NCBI GenBank assembly: GCA_963667015.2
Contig: CAXXJJ010000004.1
Coordinates: 4,077,662 to 4,141,661 of the forward strand
DNA: 64,000 nt
Origin: Desulfatiglandales bacterium
Lineage (GTDB): Bacteria; Desulfobacterota; DSM-4660; Desulfatiglandales; HGW-15
Direction: 5' to 3'
The notes under the pieces are model-generated. The model did no database searches. It was not told the DNA's origin and was given only the letters and a program-made list of their open reading frames with translations. Made by a program: the position numbers and the translations under genes. Every line of letters starts with the position of its first letter. Position 1 is the first letter of the stretch. Below are positions 1 to 10,805 of this stretch, in pieces.

Positions 1-1
1 A

Positions 2-877
2 CGTGCACAGATAATACAATCCATAAGAAGTTTTTTTATAAGCAGGGGTTATCTTGAAGTAGAGACCCCTGTTATTATTCCTGCTCCTGCCCCGGAAGCC
101 AATATAGATGCAATAAAAACAGAAGGAGGATTTTTACAGACCTCTCCCGAATTGTGCATGAAAAGGCTCCTGTCTGCTGGTTATGAAAAGATATTTCAGA
201 TTTGTAAATGTTTCAGGAACGCGGAAAGAGGCCATCTTCACCTGCCCGAGTTTACCATGCTCGAGTGGTACCGGGCCGGGGCGGATTATTTATATCTTAT
301 GGATGAATGCCGGAGCATGATAAAATATGTTTTGGATGAACTCGGCATGAGTGCCATAATAGAATATCAGGGCTGCTCTATTAATCTTTCAGGCGAATGG
401 GAAAGGATAACAGTAAATGACGCCTTTAAAAAATGCACGGGCACGACTCCTGAAAAGGCCATTGAATCAGGAGATTATGATGAAATAATGGTGTCTGAGA
501 TCGAACCCTCGTTAAATAATGGAAGGCCTGTTTTTTTGTATAACTATCCTGCATCACAGGCAGCGCTTGCAAAGGTAAGTGAGGATGATCCTCAAATAGC
601 AGAGAGGTTTGAGCTTTACATTGGAGGACTTGAGCTGGCAAATGCCTTTTCCGAACTGACCGATGCCGACGAGCAGGAAAAACGGTTTGTGGAAGAATCT
701 GAAAACAGAAAAAATGCAGGCAAAACTCAATATCCCTTCCCCGAAAAGTTTATAAACGACCTTGAGCATATGCCCGCATCTGCAGGAATCGCATTTGGCA
801 TAGACAGGCTTATAATGCTTCTCACCAACAGTGCTGCTATTGATGACGCAGTCACATTTACTCCGGAAAAACTGTAA
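2..877 (+). CDS. epmA: EF-P lysine aminoacylase (EpmA/GenX), 5' partial
   Basis: Frame open from base 2 (RAQIIQSIRSFF..YLEVETP..LQTSPELCMKRLL); class II aaRS motifs FRNAE, PEFTMLEWY, ERFELY, GIAFGIDRL. Confidence 0.92.
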   Translation, partial: RAQIIQSIRSFFISRGYLEVETPVIIPAPAPEANIDAIKTEGGFLQTSPELCMKRLLSAGYEKIFQICKCFRNAERGHLHLPEFTMLEWYRAGADYLYLMDECRSMIKYVLDELGMSAIIEYQGCSINLSGEWERITVNDAFKKCTGTTPEKAIESGDYDEIMVSEIEPSLNNGRPVFLYNYPASQAALAKVSEDDPQIAERFELYIGGLELANAFSELTDADEQEKRFVEESENRKNAGKTQYPFPEKFINDLEHMPASAGIAFGIDRLIMLLTNSAAIDDAVTFTPEKL

Positions 878-1042
878 GTTTTTATTTTCCCCTGCACGAC
901 TCAACGCTTACCATGGACATAGTATCCGATTGTTATTATTTAGTTTAATATTGTGGGGACAAAATACTCACATAGCTGTGGCCTAAAAGAGTCAAAATAC
1001 ATATCTTATTGAATTAACAGTTAAAAATCTAAACGATCCTTT

Positions 1043-1058
1043 TGGCATGATTTTCGCT
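1043..1058 (+). promoter_or_regulatory. sigma54 -24/-12 promoter
   Basis: TGGCAT-N5-TCGCT with GG-N10-GC spacing, ~40 bp upstream of an RBS and small ORF. Confidence 0.6.
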
Positions 1059-1095
1059 CTTTACTAAGATAACAAACAGGAAAGGAGAAAAAATC

Positions 1096-1218
1096 ATGGA
1101 AGCTATAAAAAGGTCTCATCATATTTTTTTTGAAGTATTATATATTCTTACAGACAGGTTTCCCGGACTTTTTGCATTATTGTTTACACTTGCGATTATT
1201 GCCGGGCTTATCAGGTAA
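1096..1218 (+). CDS. 40-aa small membrane protein (not in ORF track)
   Basis: AAGGAG RBS; MEAIKRSHHIFFEVLYILTDRFPGLFALLFTLAIIAGLIR with hydrophobic C-terminus. Confidence 0.55.
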   Translation: MEAIKRSHHIFFEVLYILTDRFPGLFALLFTLAIIAGLIR

Positions 1219-1666
1219 TGCTCAGCAGAATGCAGGCAGGACAGGATAGGGTGGTCTGCTTCCGGTCATTGGAAACGATTTATTTAGACAATTAATTGTT
1301 AAAATGTCGTGTAAAAGCAGGCCATCAAAGTCCTATGCCATAGGTGCCGATATTTGTATCAGTAGTTTGATGTCAGTCATATTTATCAGCCAGGGGTGCA
1401 TGTGCTGGTCACACACACAGACCGTTCATTATCAGCGAATCGGAGGGGGGAGGATTTACCAATTCATTGATTTCCAAAGCCGGATCTTTACGGCCTGTGC
1501 GTGTAATGCATAGTAAAAATTGCATATCAACCAGGTAAGAAAACTATTCAAAAGACAAATATAATAATATTCGCATTTTGAATAGTTTATTAATATTTAT
1601 AAAATAATAAAATGTAAACTGCAGAAAACAGACAATAAAACTACAATAAAATATTGTACCAATGCG

Positions 1667-3352
1667 TTAAGGTTTTTGAAGGGACAGAAGATAGGTTCTC
1701 AGGTTGGATTTTTTATCCAATCCCAGCTTTTTCCGGAGGTTAGCCCTGTGGGCTACAATCGTCCTTTCGGTAGTATTAAGGATATCTGCAATCTCTTTTG
1801 AGGTCCTGCCGTCTTTCACAAAATTGCCTACCTGTAATTCTCTGGGGGTAATATGCATATATCTGGAGGTCAGCCTCTGTGCAAAGGGCGAAACAATCTC
1901 CTGAAGACCTGATTCAACAAGTCCTATATAATTTCTCTGACTCTCGCTCAAGGGACCGTTTTTCAATTTGTTAACATAGGGAATTAAAAGTTCCTTTACA
2001 TTGAGAAGTATTTTTTCGCTGTTTTCCTCTTTATCAATTTCTCTTCTTTCAAGGAGGATTTTAAGGGCTGTATTGAGTTCTTCCAGGCTTTTTGTTTTAT
2101 CCTGCAAATCTTCATTGACCTTTTGTAACTCCTGAGTACGCTCTCCTACACGCTGCTCCAAAACATCATGGGCCCTTTTGAGTTCCTCTTCCATTTTTCT
2201 TCGCATGGTGATATCTCGTGCAATGCTGGTAACATCAACCAGGTTTCCATGAGAATCATAGTGAAAATTGCTGGTCCACAGTAAATGGCGAATTTCTCCG
2301 GTTACACTCACCTGTCTGTTTTCAAAGGTCAGGCCTGTAGCATTTTTTTCAACGGATTCATCTACAAGCCTTCGGGTACGATCCTTATCATCAGGATGGA
2401 TACATTTTGAAATATGCATACCAATGATGTCCTCCTGAGGCAGGCCAAAAATTTTGTTTGCCATATAGTTTGCAAAAGTTATTTTTCCGCTATGGTCAAC
2501 CTGTATTATCAAGTCATCCGTGCCTTCAACTATTTCCTTGTACTTTTCCTCACTCTTTTTGAGTTCCTCCTCCGCCTGATCCTTCTCTGTGATACTTTCA
2601 AAAATACAGGCGAACTGTCTTTCTTCTGGTTGATAGGCTGTAATCACAAAGTGATGTCCCGTGTATTTGCTGACAAAATCAAAGGAAACAGGTTCTCCGG
2701 TAATGGCAACCCTTCCATAGGTCTCAATTAAAAAGGGATCTGTATCGGGAAATATTTCCAGCGCTGTTTTACCTATTAAAACATCAGCCTTGAACCCTGT
2801 TATACTTTCAAAGGCAGGATTTACATCTAAAAAGCGGTAGTCAACCGGTTTCCCGTTTTCATCGCAGATAATTTCATGAAGTGCACATCCGTTAAGCATT
2901 TTTTCAAACAGGGCATGGTATTTGTATTCACTCTCGCGCAGGGCCTTCTCGGTTTGCCTGCTTGTTGTGATATCCCTGTAAATATGAACCGCACCATCAT
3001 AATGGCCGTTACTTTCCAGGATTGGGTCAACTATTACCTGAAGCCATCCATCGTTGTGATTGAGTTCCATATTTTCCCTGGCATGACTTTTTTCAGATCT
3101 CAGGCATGGACAACCCTTAATCCTGTCATTATTGCATTTAACAACCTCCCAGCAGGATTTGCCGATCATTTCAGCAACCGGCAGTTGAAAGAGCACTTCT
3201 GATGTTCTATTGGCCTGCACAACGCACTGCTTAGAGTCTAAAATCAGGATAGCATCATTGATCGTATTAAATGCCGCAGACCACACATTTGCTTTTGATG
3301 TTAGTTCATCGTCAGGAACGCTGTTTTTAGTTTTTGTGTTTCCCTGTTCCAT
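1667..3352 (-). CDS. Multi-PAS domain LuxR-family transcriptional regulator
   Basis: Three PAS repeats, coiled coil, C-terminal LuxR HTH (ITPRELQV..GRTSKEIA..HRANLRKKLG); start uncertain (3352 or 3409). Confidence 0.85.
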   Translation of the reverse strand: MEQGNTKTKNSVPDDELTSKANVWSAAFNTINDAILILDSKQCVVQANRTSEVLFQLPVAEMIGKSCWEVVKCNNDRIKGCPCLRSEKSHARENMELNHNDGWLQVIVDPILESNGHYDGAVHIYRDITTSRQTEKALRESEYKYHALFEKMLNGCALHEIICDENGKPVDYRFLDVNPAFESITGFKADVLIGKTALEIFPDTDPFLIETYGRVAITGEPVSFDFVSKYTGHHFVITAYQPEERQFACIFESITEKDQAEEELKKSEEKYKEIVEGTDDLIIQVDHSGKITFANYMANKIFGLPQEDIIGMHISKCIHPDDKDRTRRLVDESVEKNATGLTFENRQVSVTGEIRHLLWTSNFHYDSHGNLVDVTSIARDITMRRKMEEELKRAHDVLEQRVGERTQELQKVNEDLQDKTKSLEELNTALKILLERREIDKEENSEKILLNVKELLIPYVNKLKNGPLSESQRNYIGLVESGLQEIVSPFAQRLTSRYMHITPRELQVGNFVKDGRTSKEIADILNTTERTIVAHRANLRKKLGLDKKSNLRTYLLSLQKP

Positions 3353-3499
3353 TATTTTTATTGAGCGTTTCCAGTATTTGATAAGTGTTGAGAGGTCATC
3401 TGCTTCCACTGAGGGGTAAATACACTAATCAGAAAAGACCATATGTTTTTCGCATTATTATTAATGGGTAAAATGATGTCAATAAATTTTGAATAGGAA

Positions 3500-3790
3500 T
3501 TAAGACTACAGCAATAATCGGTTACGGTACATATCTTCAACTGGAATTTTGATTTTGCAGGAACCTCAAAACTGTCTCCGCCTTTTACAGATTTCCAGCC
3601 GCTGTCAGGTAAAAGTATCTCCATTTCTCCGGACAGGATTTCCATGATCTCTTTATCTTCCGTGCCAAATTCATATTCACCAGGAAGCATTATCCCAAGT
3701 GTTTTCTTTGTACCGTCATTAAATAAAACAGAACGGCCTTCCATCAAAGTAGATATCGATTCTTGTACAGAGATTTTTTCCAGGTATCAG
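3500..3790 (-). pseudogene. ppnP: Frameshifted pyrimidine/purine nucleoside phosphorylase (YaiE/DUF1255)
   Basis: [33 protein letters not shown] core; N-terminal IYFDG motif is in another frame; no proper start; boundaries approximate. Confidence 0.7.
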
Positions 3791-4104
3791 TCTGGTGTCG
3801 ACCCGGCGACTCTGTCCTTCAGTAACTTACATACACTGGTAGATGGTACGCTTTGTGCAAAAATATCCATGATGTATTTTATAGGAAGATAAATATTTTT
3901 TAAAAGGTTGTTTAGTTTCATGTTTAGTCTGGTTTTTCAGAGGTTTTGAAATTACTTGCGGATATGTGCCGAAAAAAGGGAGAAACAGGCCTGGATTGCA
4001 TGAAAGAGAGGTGATGGAATATTAAAAATATTTTAATCTGGGTAAAAAGCTTCTGCCAAATCGATAATTAACCATTTGACGAAGTAATATTCTGAGGGAG
4101 GGAT

Positions 4105-6132
4105 ATGAAAATGCAGATGTATAAAAAAAATCAATCTGTGTATAAAAAAGGATACTTTAATAATATCAATATCATGGCAAGATCTCTGATCACTAGTATG
4201 ATTTTGCTCATGTTTTTCACAACACCTGCTATGGCCCGGGGAGGGGAAAGGTACAGCACCGAAAAAGCCTGGTCTTTCGGTGTTATGGGAGATACCAGGT
4301 GGACCCTGGATGAAGATCCGAACGGAGAGAACCCGGATTATGTGAGTGCGGCCATTGCAAAGGCTCTGAACGATAAGTTCATTGATTATGGCGTAAAGTT
4401 CGTCATACAGGTGGGAGACCTGTCGGACAGAGGCGGTGATGATGCGATGTATACAAGGGCGAAGTCAGTACAGCCGCTTTATGATGCCGGGGTTGGATTT
4501 TTTCCTTTGCGCGGAGACCACGAAACATATGGAGCGTTCAATGGCCTTGATCCTGATTCTAATATGAATATCCCGGCCTATCTAAATGCCTTTCCCCAGA
4601 CTCGAGGGATTGATAATATCTTTGGTGCAAAAAATTTCAGCAGTCCGGCGATAGATGAATTGAATGGACTGAGCTACTCCTTTGATTATGGTGAAGAGGG
4701 CAGCAATGCGAGATTTGTAATCGTTGATGTCGAGGTAACGTCCTCCGGCAGTGGAGCAAAGGCATCAGGCCATCCGGTATATGGTCAGGAGTATTTCTAT
4801 ATACTGTGGAGTGTTTACAGGATGGATGAAGATTTAACTTATACAGAGGGTGGAGAAGAGTTTACAATCCCCGCTGGTACATGGTTTCGTATTGACGACA
4901 ATACCGGATACCCAACTACATATTTTTATGACTTTGATAAACAATGGTCAATAGATGTTTATGCTACTATCGTAGACAATGGGACCTCCTCCGTAACTGC
5001 CGAAACCAGATTCCTGCCTGGCGATCAACAGGAATGGATAAGCAGTCAGCTGGACATTGCTAACCGTGGCACTGAGCATGCATTTGTATTGTCCCACAAG
5101 GGATTAATGGGTGAAGGCAGCCTGGACAGCCTGTTTGGAGACAGCCCTGATTCAGAACCTGATGATCAGAACATATTTTATGCCAGTCTGATGGACAACG
5201 GTGTAAAATATATGATTTCCGGTCACGATCAAATGCATAATCGTGCTCTTGTAGAAAGCCCGGACAGTTTGTCAGATGTTGAGCAAATCATTTCAGCAGG
5301 TGCAGGGACAGAGTCCTATGATCCTGCACCATTAACTTATTTCGGTGAAGTAAAAAAACGGGAGACACCCCTTTCTCAGGAACTTCTCAATATTGGTTAT
5401 TATATCTACACCGTCGACGGCCCGCGTGTAACAGTTGATTACTATTCCGGTTCTGTTGATAATTTTGTCAAAAAAGAAACCTGGGGATACAGTAATAATG
5501 GTCAGCAGTTTCTTATTCCTCAGGGCGGTTCATATAAGGTTGTATCCGACAGATTTAATAATACAACTGCTAAAATTCTCAATGGTGAAAATAACAGCGC
5601 AGCCACTGACTATACGCCTGAAGAAATTGATGACAACGGAACACCGGGTGATACCCGAGACGATATAATCCTCAGTGCGCCCCGCCCTCTTGTTAAATCA
5701 GTTAATACGGGCTGGGTCGAAAAGCCGGCAAAAGATCGAAATAGATTCGGAAGTGACATCCTGTCTCTGTGGGGGATGGCGGATGTCGGTACTGAGCAAA
5801 CCGACACTTATGTTCTGTCAATGTCCTACAATTTCAGGACCGGGTGGCATTTCAGGGGAGGACTATTCGGTATTGCAGCACTGGACTCCAGAGGAAGATG
5901 GAGGAATGCAGTAGATTTAAATTTTGGTGGAAAAAGAAGGTTTATACTCGGGCCCTATAAACCCCGGTATAAACTTGGAACATATGGAATTGATCCCTCT
6001 ACAAAGACAGTGTGGGCAGTAGTAAACTACAACGCTGATTTCGCCGTAACAACAGGTATTAATCGTGCTTCCTATTTTGACTGGCTCATTCAATGGCGAT
6101 TGAACAGGGTGTGGGGCAAAAAATGGAAATAA
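4105..6132 (+). CDS. Exported metallophosphoesterase (calcineurin-like)
   Basis: Signal-like segment; motifs GDT, QVGDLSD, RGDHE, SH, SGHDQMH. Confidence 0.75.
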   Translation: MKMQMYKKNQSVYKKGYFNNINIMARSLITSMILLMFFTTPAMARGGERYSTEKAWSFGVMGDTRWTLDEDPNGENPDYVSAAIAKALNDKFIDYGVKFVIQVGDLSDRGGDDAMYTRAKSVQPLYDAGVGFFPLRGDHETYGAFNGLDPDSNMNIPAYLNAFPQTRGIDNIFGAKNFSSPAIDELNGLSYSFDYGEEGSNARFVIVDVEVTSSGSGAKASGHPVYGQEYFYILWSVYRMDEDLTYTEGGEEFTIPAGTWFRIDDNTGYPTTYFYDFDKQWSIDVYATIVDNGTSSVTAETRFLPGDQQEWISSQLDIANRGTEHAFVLSHKGLMGEGSLDSLFGDSPDSEPDDQNIFYASLMDNGVKYMISGHDQMHNRALVESPDSLSDVEQIISAGAGTESYDPAPLTYFGEVKKRETPLSQELLNIGYYIYTVDGPRVTVDYYSGSVDNFVKKETWGYSNNGQQFLIPQGGSYKVVSDRFNNTTAKILNGENNSAATDYTPEEIDDNGTPGDTRDDIILSAPRPLVKSVNTGWVEKPAKDRNRFGSDILSLWGMADVGTEQTDTYVLSMSYNFRTGWHFRGGLFGIAALDSRGRWRNAVDLNFGGKRRFILGPYKPRYKLGTYGIDPSTKTVWAVVNYNADFAVTTGINRASYFDWLIQWRLNRVWGKKWK

Positions 6133-6190
6133 TTATTTGCGCGGGTGAGTAATCTCTATTTATAAATAATGAACTTTCAGGGTAGATAAA

Positions 6191-6219
6191 AAAGCCCTGC
6201 CGGTAAAAGGCAGGGCTTT
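6191..6219. terminator. Bidirectional intrinsic terminator
   Basis: AAAGCCCTGCC-loop-GGCAGGGCTTT between convergent genes. Confidence 0.75.
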
Positions 6220-6274
6220 CAAAGGGTTTGAGAAATATGTTTGCACTTAATCAGGTTCTAGCCGGAAAAAATCA

Positions 6275-6916
6275 TTATTTTTTATGATCAGCTTTTCCTT
6301 TTTCTCTTTCCGGGGCATCAATTTTATCCAATCGTTTACTTATTTTCCTGATTTTAATATCCAGATTTTTTAATGTTTCCTGAATTCTATGTAATGTTCT
6401 TGCCTGTTCGTTAATCAGATCTCTGTATTCAGCAACATAGCTGGCTGAACGCTCAGCCGAACCGGCTTTCTCAGCGGCCTGTAGAGCTGCTCGGTGAGAA
6501 GATTCTGCAGCTTTTTCAGAATTTCTTACAAGGTTTGATAATTCAATGATTGTTGAATTCCACGCGATATTCAATTGTCTAAACTCATTTACGACATTTT
6601 GAGACACTGAAGTTCTTAAATTTTCCGAGATTAACATCCTGTCATTTTCGGATTCGCGGAACAGTTTATCAATACTACCGGTTATATAGTCAATATCATT
6701 TTTTGTCTTCTCAATTGACTTCCTGTATTTTTCTGCTGCCAGTACATTTTCAGAGAACAATTTCTGTAATCCAGGATTATAGGCTTCTTTAAACAATGCC
6801 ATATCATTTTTTAATTGTTTGTTTTCAAGGCTGAGCTGTTGATAGTCAGATTTGCTTGCACAACCAGAGGCAAACACTATTAAAAGCATGACAAATAAAT
6901 AAAAAATTTTTTTCAT
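6275..6916 (-). CDS. Coiled-coil lipoprotein
   Basis: Lipobox (FASGC) after hydrophobic signal; helical heptad-rich body. Confidence 0.7.
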   Translation of the reverse strand: MKKIFYLFVMLLIVFASGCASKSDYQQLSLENKQLKNDMALFKEAYNPGLQKLFSENVLAAEKYRKSIEKTKNDIDYITGSIDKLFRESENDRMLISENLRTSVSQNVVNEFRQLNIAWNSTIIELSNLVRNSEKAAESSHRAALQAAEKAGSAERSASYVAEYRDLINEQARTLHRIQETLKNLDIKIRKISKRLDKIDAPEREKGKADHKK

Positions 6917-7054
6917 AGAACGGCTCCGTCTTTTTATATAAAATAATTTCTCTCCTAAGTTATAAAAGGCCCTGTTTGAACAGACACCAAATAATCAGAT
7001 ATGATCGATTATTTTTATTGCATGTCAAAAGATCTGCAACCCCGGCGGTGTTGT

Positions 7055-7192
7055 TCATTCATCACAGAGAGAGTTCCTGATTTGAAAGGGGATGTTTTTC
7101 TCTATCAGTGTGATATATACTGACATTGCATAGGGGCTTATGAACCGCGAATCAACATAAAGCACAATATCTTCTTTTACCAAAATTCCCAT
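7055..7192 (-). pseudogene. Truncated glutathione S-transferase N-terminus (YfcF-like)
   Basis: GGAGG RBS; MGILVKEDIVLYVDSRFISPYAMSVYITLIEKNIPF.. resembles the GST N-domain SPY motif, then stops at 45 aa. Confidence 0.6.
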
Positions 7193-7419
7193 TAGCCTCC
7201 ATATGTTCTGTAATTATGAGCACTTAAGACGTGTTCAAAAATTTAAAACATAACCTGTTTGTTTTGTCAAAAAGAATTAATGGTATAGAAGTGCTGTGGG
7301 TTATTTCATGGCTGTCATAAAACTCCGGAACACAGCAGCCAATAGTCTTCCCGAAATCATAAAAGGGATTTCAATGGGGGGCAAAAATTTTACATTGAAA
7401 TCCCTTTGTTCCTGCAGTC

Positions 7420-8046
7420 TTACATGCCTATCGGTGGGGTTCCCTTGCGGGGAAGATCTTTTGACGGGTGAGGATGCAGTATCGGTTTTTTACGAAATAT
7501 TCTGGTGTCACGCATGCTTTTTAGAATGTCTATGCTGTCCCTGTACCCCTGAGTGACCCGGCACATCTCCAGGGCCATGGCTACTATCTGGGCGACTGCC
7601 TGGACAAAATTCAGATCATCCAGTGTAAACTCCCATGGGTCAGCGGTGTAGACCCTCATGCACCCTATTACCCTCTCTCCTATTATCATAGGAACTGAAA
7701 GTATTGAGGATATACCTTCCTTTACAGCCGCCTCAGGATACTGTATCCTGGGGTCATCCGCCACATCAAAAATAGCAACGGGTTTTCCATCCTCAATAGA
7801 AGATGCAATGGAGCGCATTGCGCTGATAGGGCCTTTGTCAAGGTATTCCCGGCTGAGACCATAACTTCCGGCCAGTTTTAATTCATGACTGGTCGGCTTG
7901 AATAGAAACAGGGCGCAGCCTTTAAAATTAAGGGCATGACATACTCCATCAACTGCAACCAGAACCATCTCCTCCGGGTCTCTAAGCTTGGGGAGAGCCT
8001 TTGTTAAACGGATAAGTGTTTCATAATTCATTATTGGCCTTTCCAT
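7420..8046 (-). CDS. Stand-alone GAF domain protein
   Basis: GAF signature (SYGLSREYLDKGP..DDPRIQYPEAAVKEGISSILSVPM). Confidence 0.8.
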   Translation of the reverse strand: MERPIMNYETLIRLTKALPKLRDPEEMVLVAVDGVCHALNFKGCALFLFKPTSHELKLAGSYGLSREYLDKGPISAMRSIASSIEDGKPVAIFDVADDPRIQYPEAAVKEGISSILSVPMIIGERVIGCMRVYTADPWEFTLDDLNFVQAVAQIVAMALEMCRVTQGYRDSIDILKSMRDTRIFRKKPILHPHPSKDLPRKGTPPIGM

Positions 8047-8374
8047 GTTGACCTCCTTTTCGTTAGATTGTTAAACAACATTATGTTGCCAACATCCGGG
8101 CCGAATCTTCAAATAATCTGAAAATCCGTACCTGTTGAAAATCCTTTTCTCAATATGAAACAGGCAGCAGGTCAGGGAAATAATATGTATTTCACTTCAT
8201 CCGTTTATTAAACTGAAGAGCGTCTGAACTATAGATCGTGAGATATTTGTAAACAGTTCCGAAGTAATTGGAGTAGAAATGGAAATTTAGGAGTTATGTA
8301 GTAAAATCATCCTGATACAGCTGGAAATTACTCAATATCAGATGCCTATATTAGATCAGATTATATTTATTGTG

Positions 8375-8827
8375 TCAACGAATGGTTTTATCCTTTACAA
8401 CTTCTCTGTAAAAGATCCTTATATATCTGATGCTTGACAATATAAGGGCCAGTCCGATCCCGATATACAGGATAGCAAGGTCATATTTAGGTATCGTTGA
8501 ATGGCGGAGCAATATTCCCATCACAATCATTACAATAATAAGCAGATAGCTCTTAGAAGGGATAAAGGCGAAAAAGCACTTCTTTCGGTCCATTTGGAGT
8601 ATTCTCTTCAGATTTTTGTCAACTATTCTTAAAAAACCAAAGTGGTGCACGGGCAATGCCAACAGTATCCCTGCAAGGGCATAGAGGTAGGTACTTACTC
8701 CGGACGCTCTGTGAAGCCATGAAAAGGCCATAAACAGAAGCATAAAACCGGCAAACACCCATACAGTCCCTGCCATAAGCAGCAGAATATTTTTTGTAAC
8801 AGCCGGCTTGAATTTTTCTATTCCCAT
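8375..8827 (-). CDS. Hypothetical integral membrane protein
   Basis: About four hydrophobic segments. Confidence 0.7.
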   Translation of the reverse strand: MGIEKFKPAVTKNILLLMAGTVWVFAGFMLLFMAFSWLHRASGVSTYLYALAGILLALPVHHFGFLRIVDKNLKRILQMDRKKCFFAFIPSKSYLLIIVMIVMGILLRHSTIPKYDLAILYIGIGLALILSSIRYIRIFYREVVKDKTIR

Positions 8828-8943
8828 GATTTATTTCCTAAAAGGTATATTCAAAATTCCGGCCTGATTTTTCAGCAACATGTTTTAAATCAGCAGCCAG
8901 GACTGAACAGGCAATAACAGAAATCTTTTTTTCAATCTAAATC

Positions 8944-9624
8944 CTATTCCGGTTTTTGTTTTCCGATACGGGTGTAACACTCCTCGGGGATATTCTTTGG
9001 ATCTTTGTATATGGCAAAATGGCATTCTCCAAATACCATGGGATCTTCCACAAGATGGACTACTCCCAATTCACCGGTGTTCTCAAAAGCAAGCATTTCC
9101 ATGACCGGACAGTGTACACAGTACATGGGAAAATCCTTCATGCCCCAGGTGGCACGATGGGGCTCCTTTACCCTTGCCAGACCGAATTCCGGTTCATAAC
9201 CCCCCATCTGGATGAGCCTCTCACCTGATCCGCATGGCTTCATTGTTATTGTAACCTTTTCATCATCCTCTTTTATCTCAAGGGGCTGAAAGTGACCCCT
9301 GATATCTCCGGCCATCTCCTGAATACGTGACTTAAGGTCTGTTTTTCCCGACGGTTTAAAAACAGTTCTCCCTTCAATTCCATGTGCCTCCTTTTCCGCC
9401 GCCTCTACGGCATCCATACCGTAGTTGCGGTAGATATAGGAAAGCAGTCCAGTCACCCAGACCATATACCCGTCATGCAGGTGATTGAACTCCTTTTGCA
9501 GACGCTTTGCCAGTTGTTTTGCCTCTTCCCTGTCTCCCCTGTCAATAGCCTCCATGACCAGTTCAAGGGTCGGTCTGCCCATTTCCCTAAGTTCTTCCTC
9601 TGTAAATATCCTGTTTTCACTCAT
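8944..9624 (-). CDS. Hypothetical protein with possible metal-binding Cys/His motifs
   Basis: AAGGAGG RBS; PCGSG, YCVHC, C motifs. Confidence 0.7.
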   Translation of the reverse strand: MSENRIFTEEELREMGRPTLELVMEAIDRGDREEAKQLAKRLQKEFNHLHDGYMVWVTGLLSYIYRNYGMDAVEAAEKEAHGIEGRTVFKPSGKTDLKSRIQEMAGDIRGHFQPLEIKEDDEKVTITMKPCGSGERLIQMGGYEPEFGLARVKEPHRATWGMKDFPMYCVHCPVMEMLAFENTGELGVVHLVEDPMVFGECHFAIYKDPKNIPEECYTRIGKQKPE

Positions 9625-9748
9625 TGTCGCTGGCCTCCTTATATCTATGGATTAAAATACTTATTTCCTGGCCGGATATAAAAGTTGCATAATTTTAAGT
9701 TATTTTATTATCATAGTCGATGATTAAAAACCAAAATGAGGTGGCACT

Positions 9749-10777
9749 ATGAAAAAGGTTATACTTGGAAGCACAGGGCTGGAGGTCTCAAGACTAGGTT
9801 TCGGCGGGATACCCATTCAGCGTGTGGATGAAGCCAGCGCAGTGGATGTTGTACTGCATGCCATTGAGACAGGCATAGATTTTATAGATACATCACGCAT
9901 GTATGTTACGAGTGAAGGCCGTATTGGCATGGCCCTGAAACAGACAGATAAAAAGGTGGTGCTTGCAACCAAGTCAATGAACCGTTTTGCAGACGGGGTA
10001 CAGAAGGATATCGAGGTCAGCCTCAAGAAGCTCCAGGTTGATTACATTGACATCTATCAGTGTCATGCGGTCAGCAGCGATGACGAGTATGAGCGTGTCC
10101 TTCGACCGGGCGGGGCTCTGGAGGGTTTGAGAAAGGCCAAGGAACAAGGGATAATAGGACATATAGGTATAACCAGCCACAGCCTTGATCTGCTGGAAAA
10201 AATAGTTGATGACGGATTTTTTGAGACCATTATGGTCTGTCTGAGCTTTCTTGAACCTGCCGCAAGGGAAAGGATTGTTCCAAAGGCCCTTGAAAAAAAT
10301 ATCGGCATCATGGCCATGAAGCCCTTCTCCGGAGGGGTTATCGAGGCGCCGGAGGCGGCCCTTAAGTGGGTGCTGTCCATACCCGGTATACTTGTGCTTG
10401 CAGGAGTTGAAGAAAAAGGCCTTGTTGATAAGAACTGGGAGATCTTTCAGGGGAGTTATGAACTTACCGAACAGGAAAAGGCCGTAATAAAAGATATCAG
10501 GAAGGAATATGAAAAAAAATTCTGCCGCCGCTGCGACTACTGCCAGCCATGCACTGCCGGGATACATATCCAGATGATAATGGGCCTTAAATCATTTGTA
10601 AAGAGAATGGGGCCCCAGGTTGTTAATAACATGCTCTTCAAAAAGATGCTGGACAGTGCAGCCAACTGTACGGAATGCGGCGAATGTTTACCCAGATGTC
10701 CATATTCTCTTCCCATACCGGACATGATCAGGGAAAACCTGGAGTGGGCAGAAAACTTTAAAAAGAGCCTTAAATAA
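9749..10777 (+). CDS. Aldo/keto reductase with C-terminal 4Fe-4S dicluster
   Basis: LGFGGIPI, IDTSRMY, ATK motifs; CRRCDYCQPC and CTECGECLPRCP. Confidence 0.9.
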   Translation: MKKVILGSTGLEVSRLGFGGIPIQRVDEASAVDVVLHAIETGIDFIDTSRMYVTSEGRIGMALKQTDKKVVLATKSMNRFADGVQKDIEVSLKKLQVDYIDIYQCHAVSSDDEYERVLRPGGALEGLRKAKEQGIIGHIGITSHSLDLLEKIVDDGFFETIMVCLSFLEPAARERIVPKALEKNIGIMAMKPFSGGVIEAPEAALKWVLSIPGILVLAGVEEKGLVDKNWEIFQGSYELTEQEKAVIKDIRKEYEKKFCRRCDYCQPCTAGIHIQMIMGLKSFVKRMGPQVVNNMLFKKMLDSAANCTECGECLPRCPYSLPIPDMIRENLEWAENFKKSLK

Positions 10778-10805
10778 AAATAATCTATCAACAGAAAAAG
10801 AAATT

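Noticed and set aside
1304..1513. 69-aa ORF and the many short antisense ORFs overlapping long genes
   Set aside because: No RBS or motif support; shadows of real genes or chance frames
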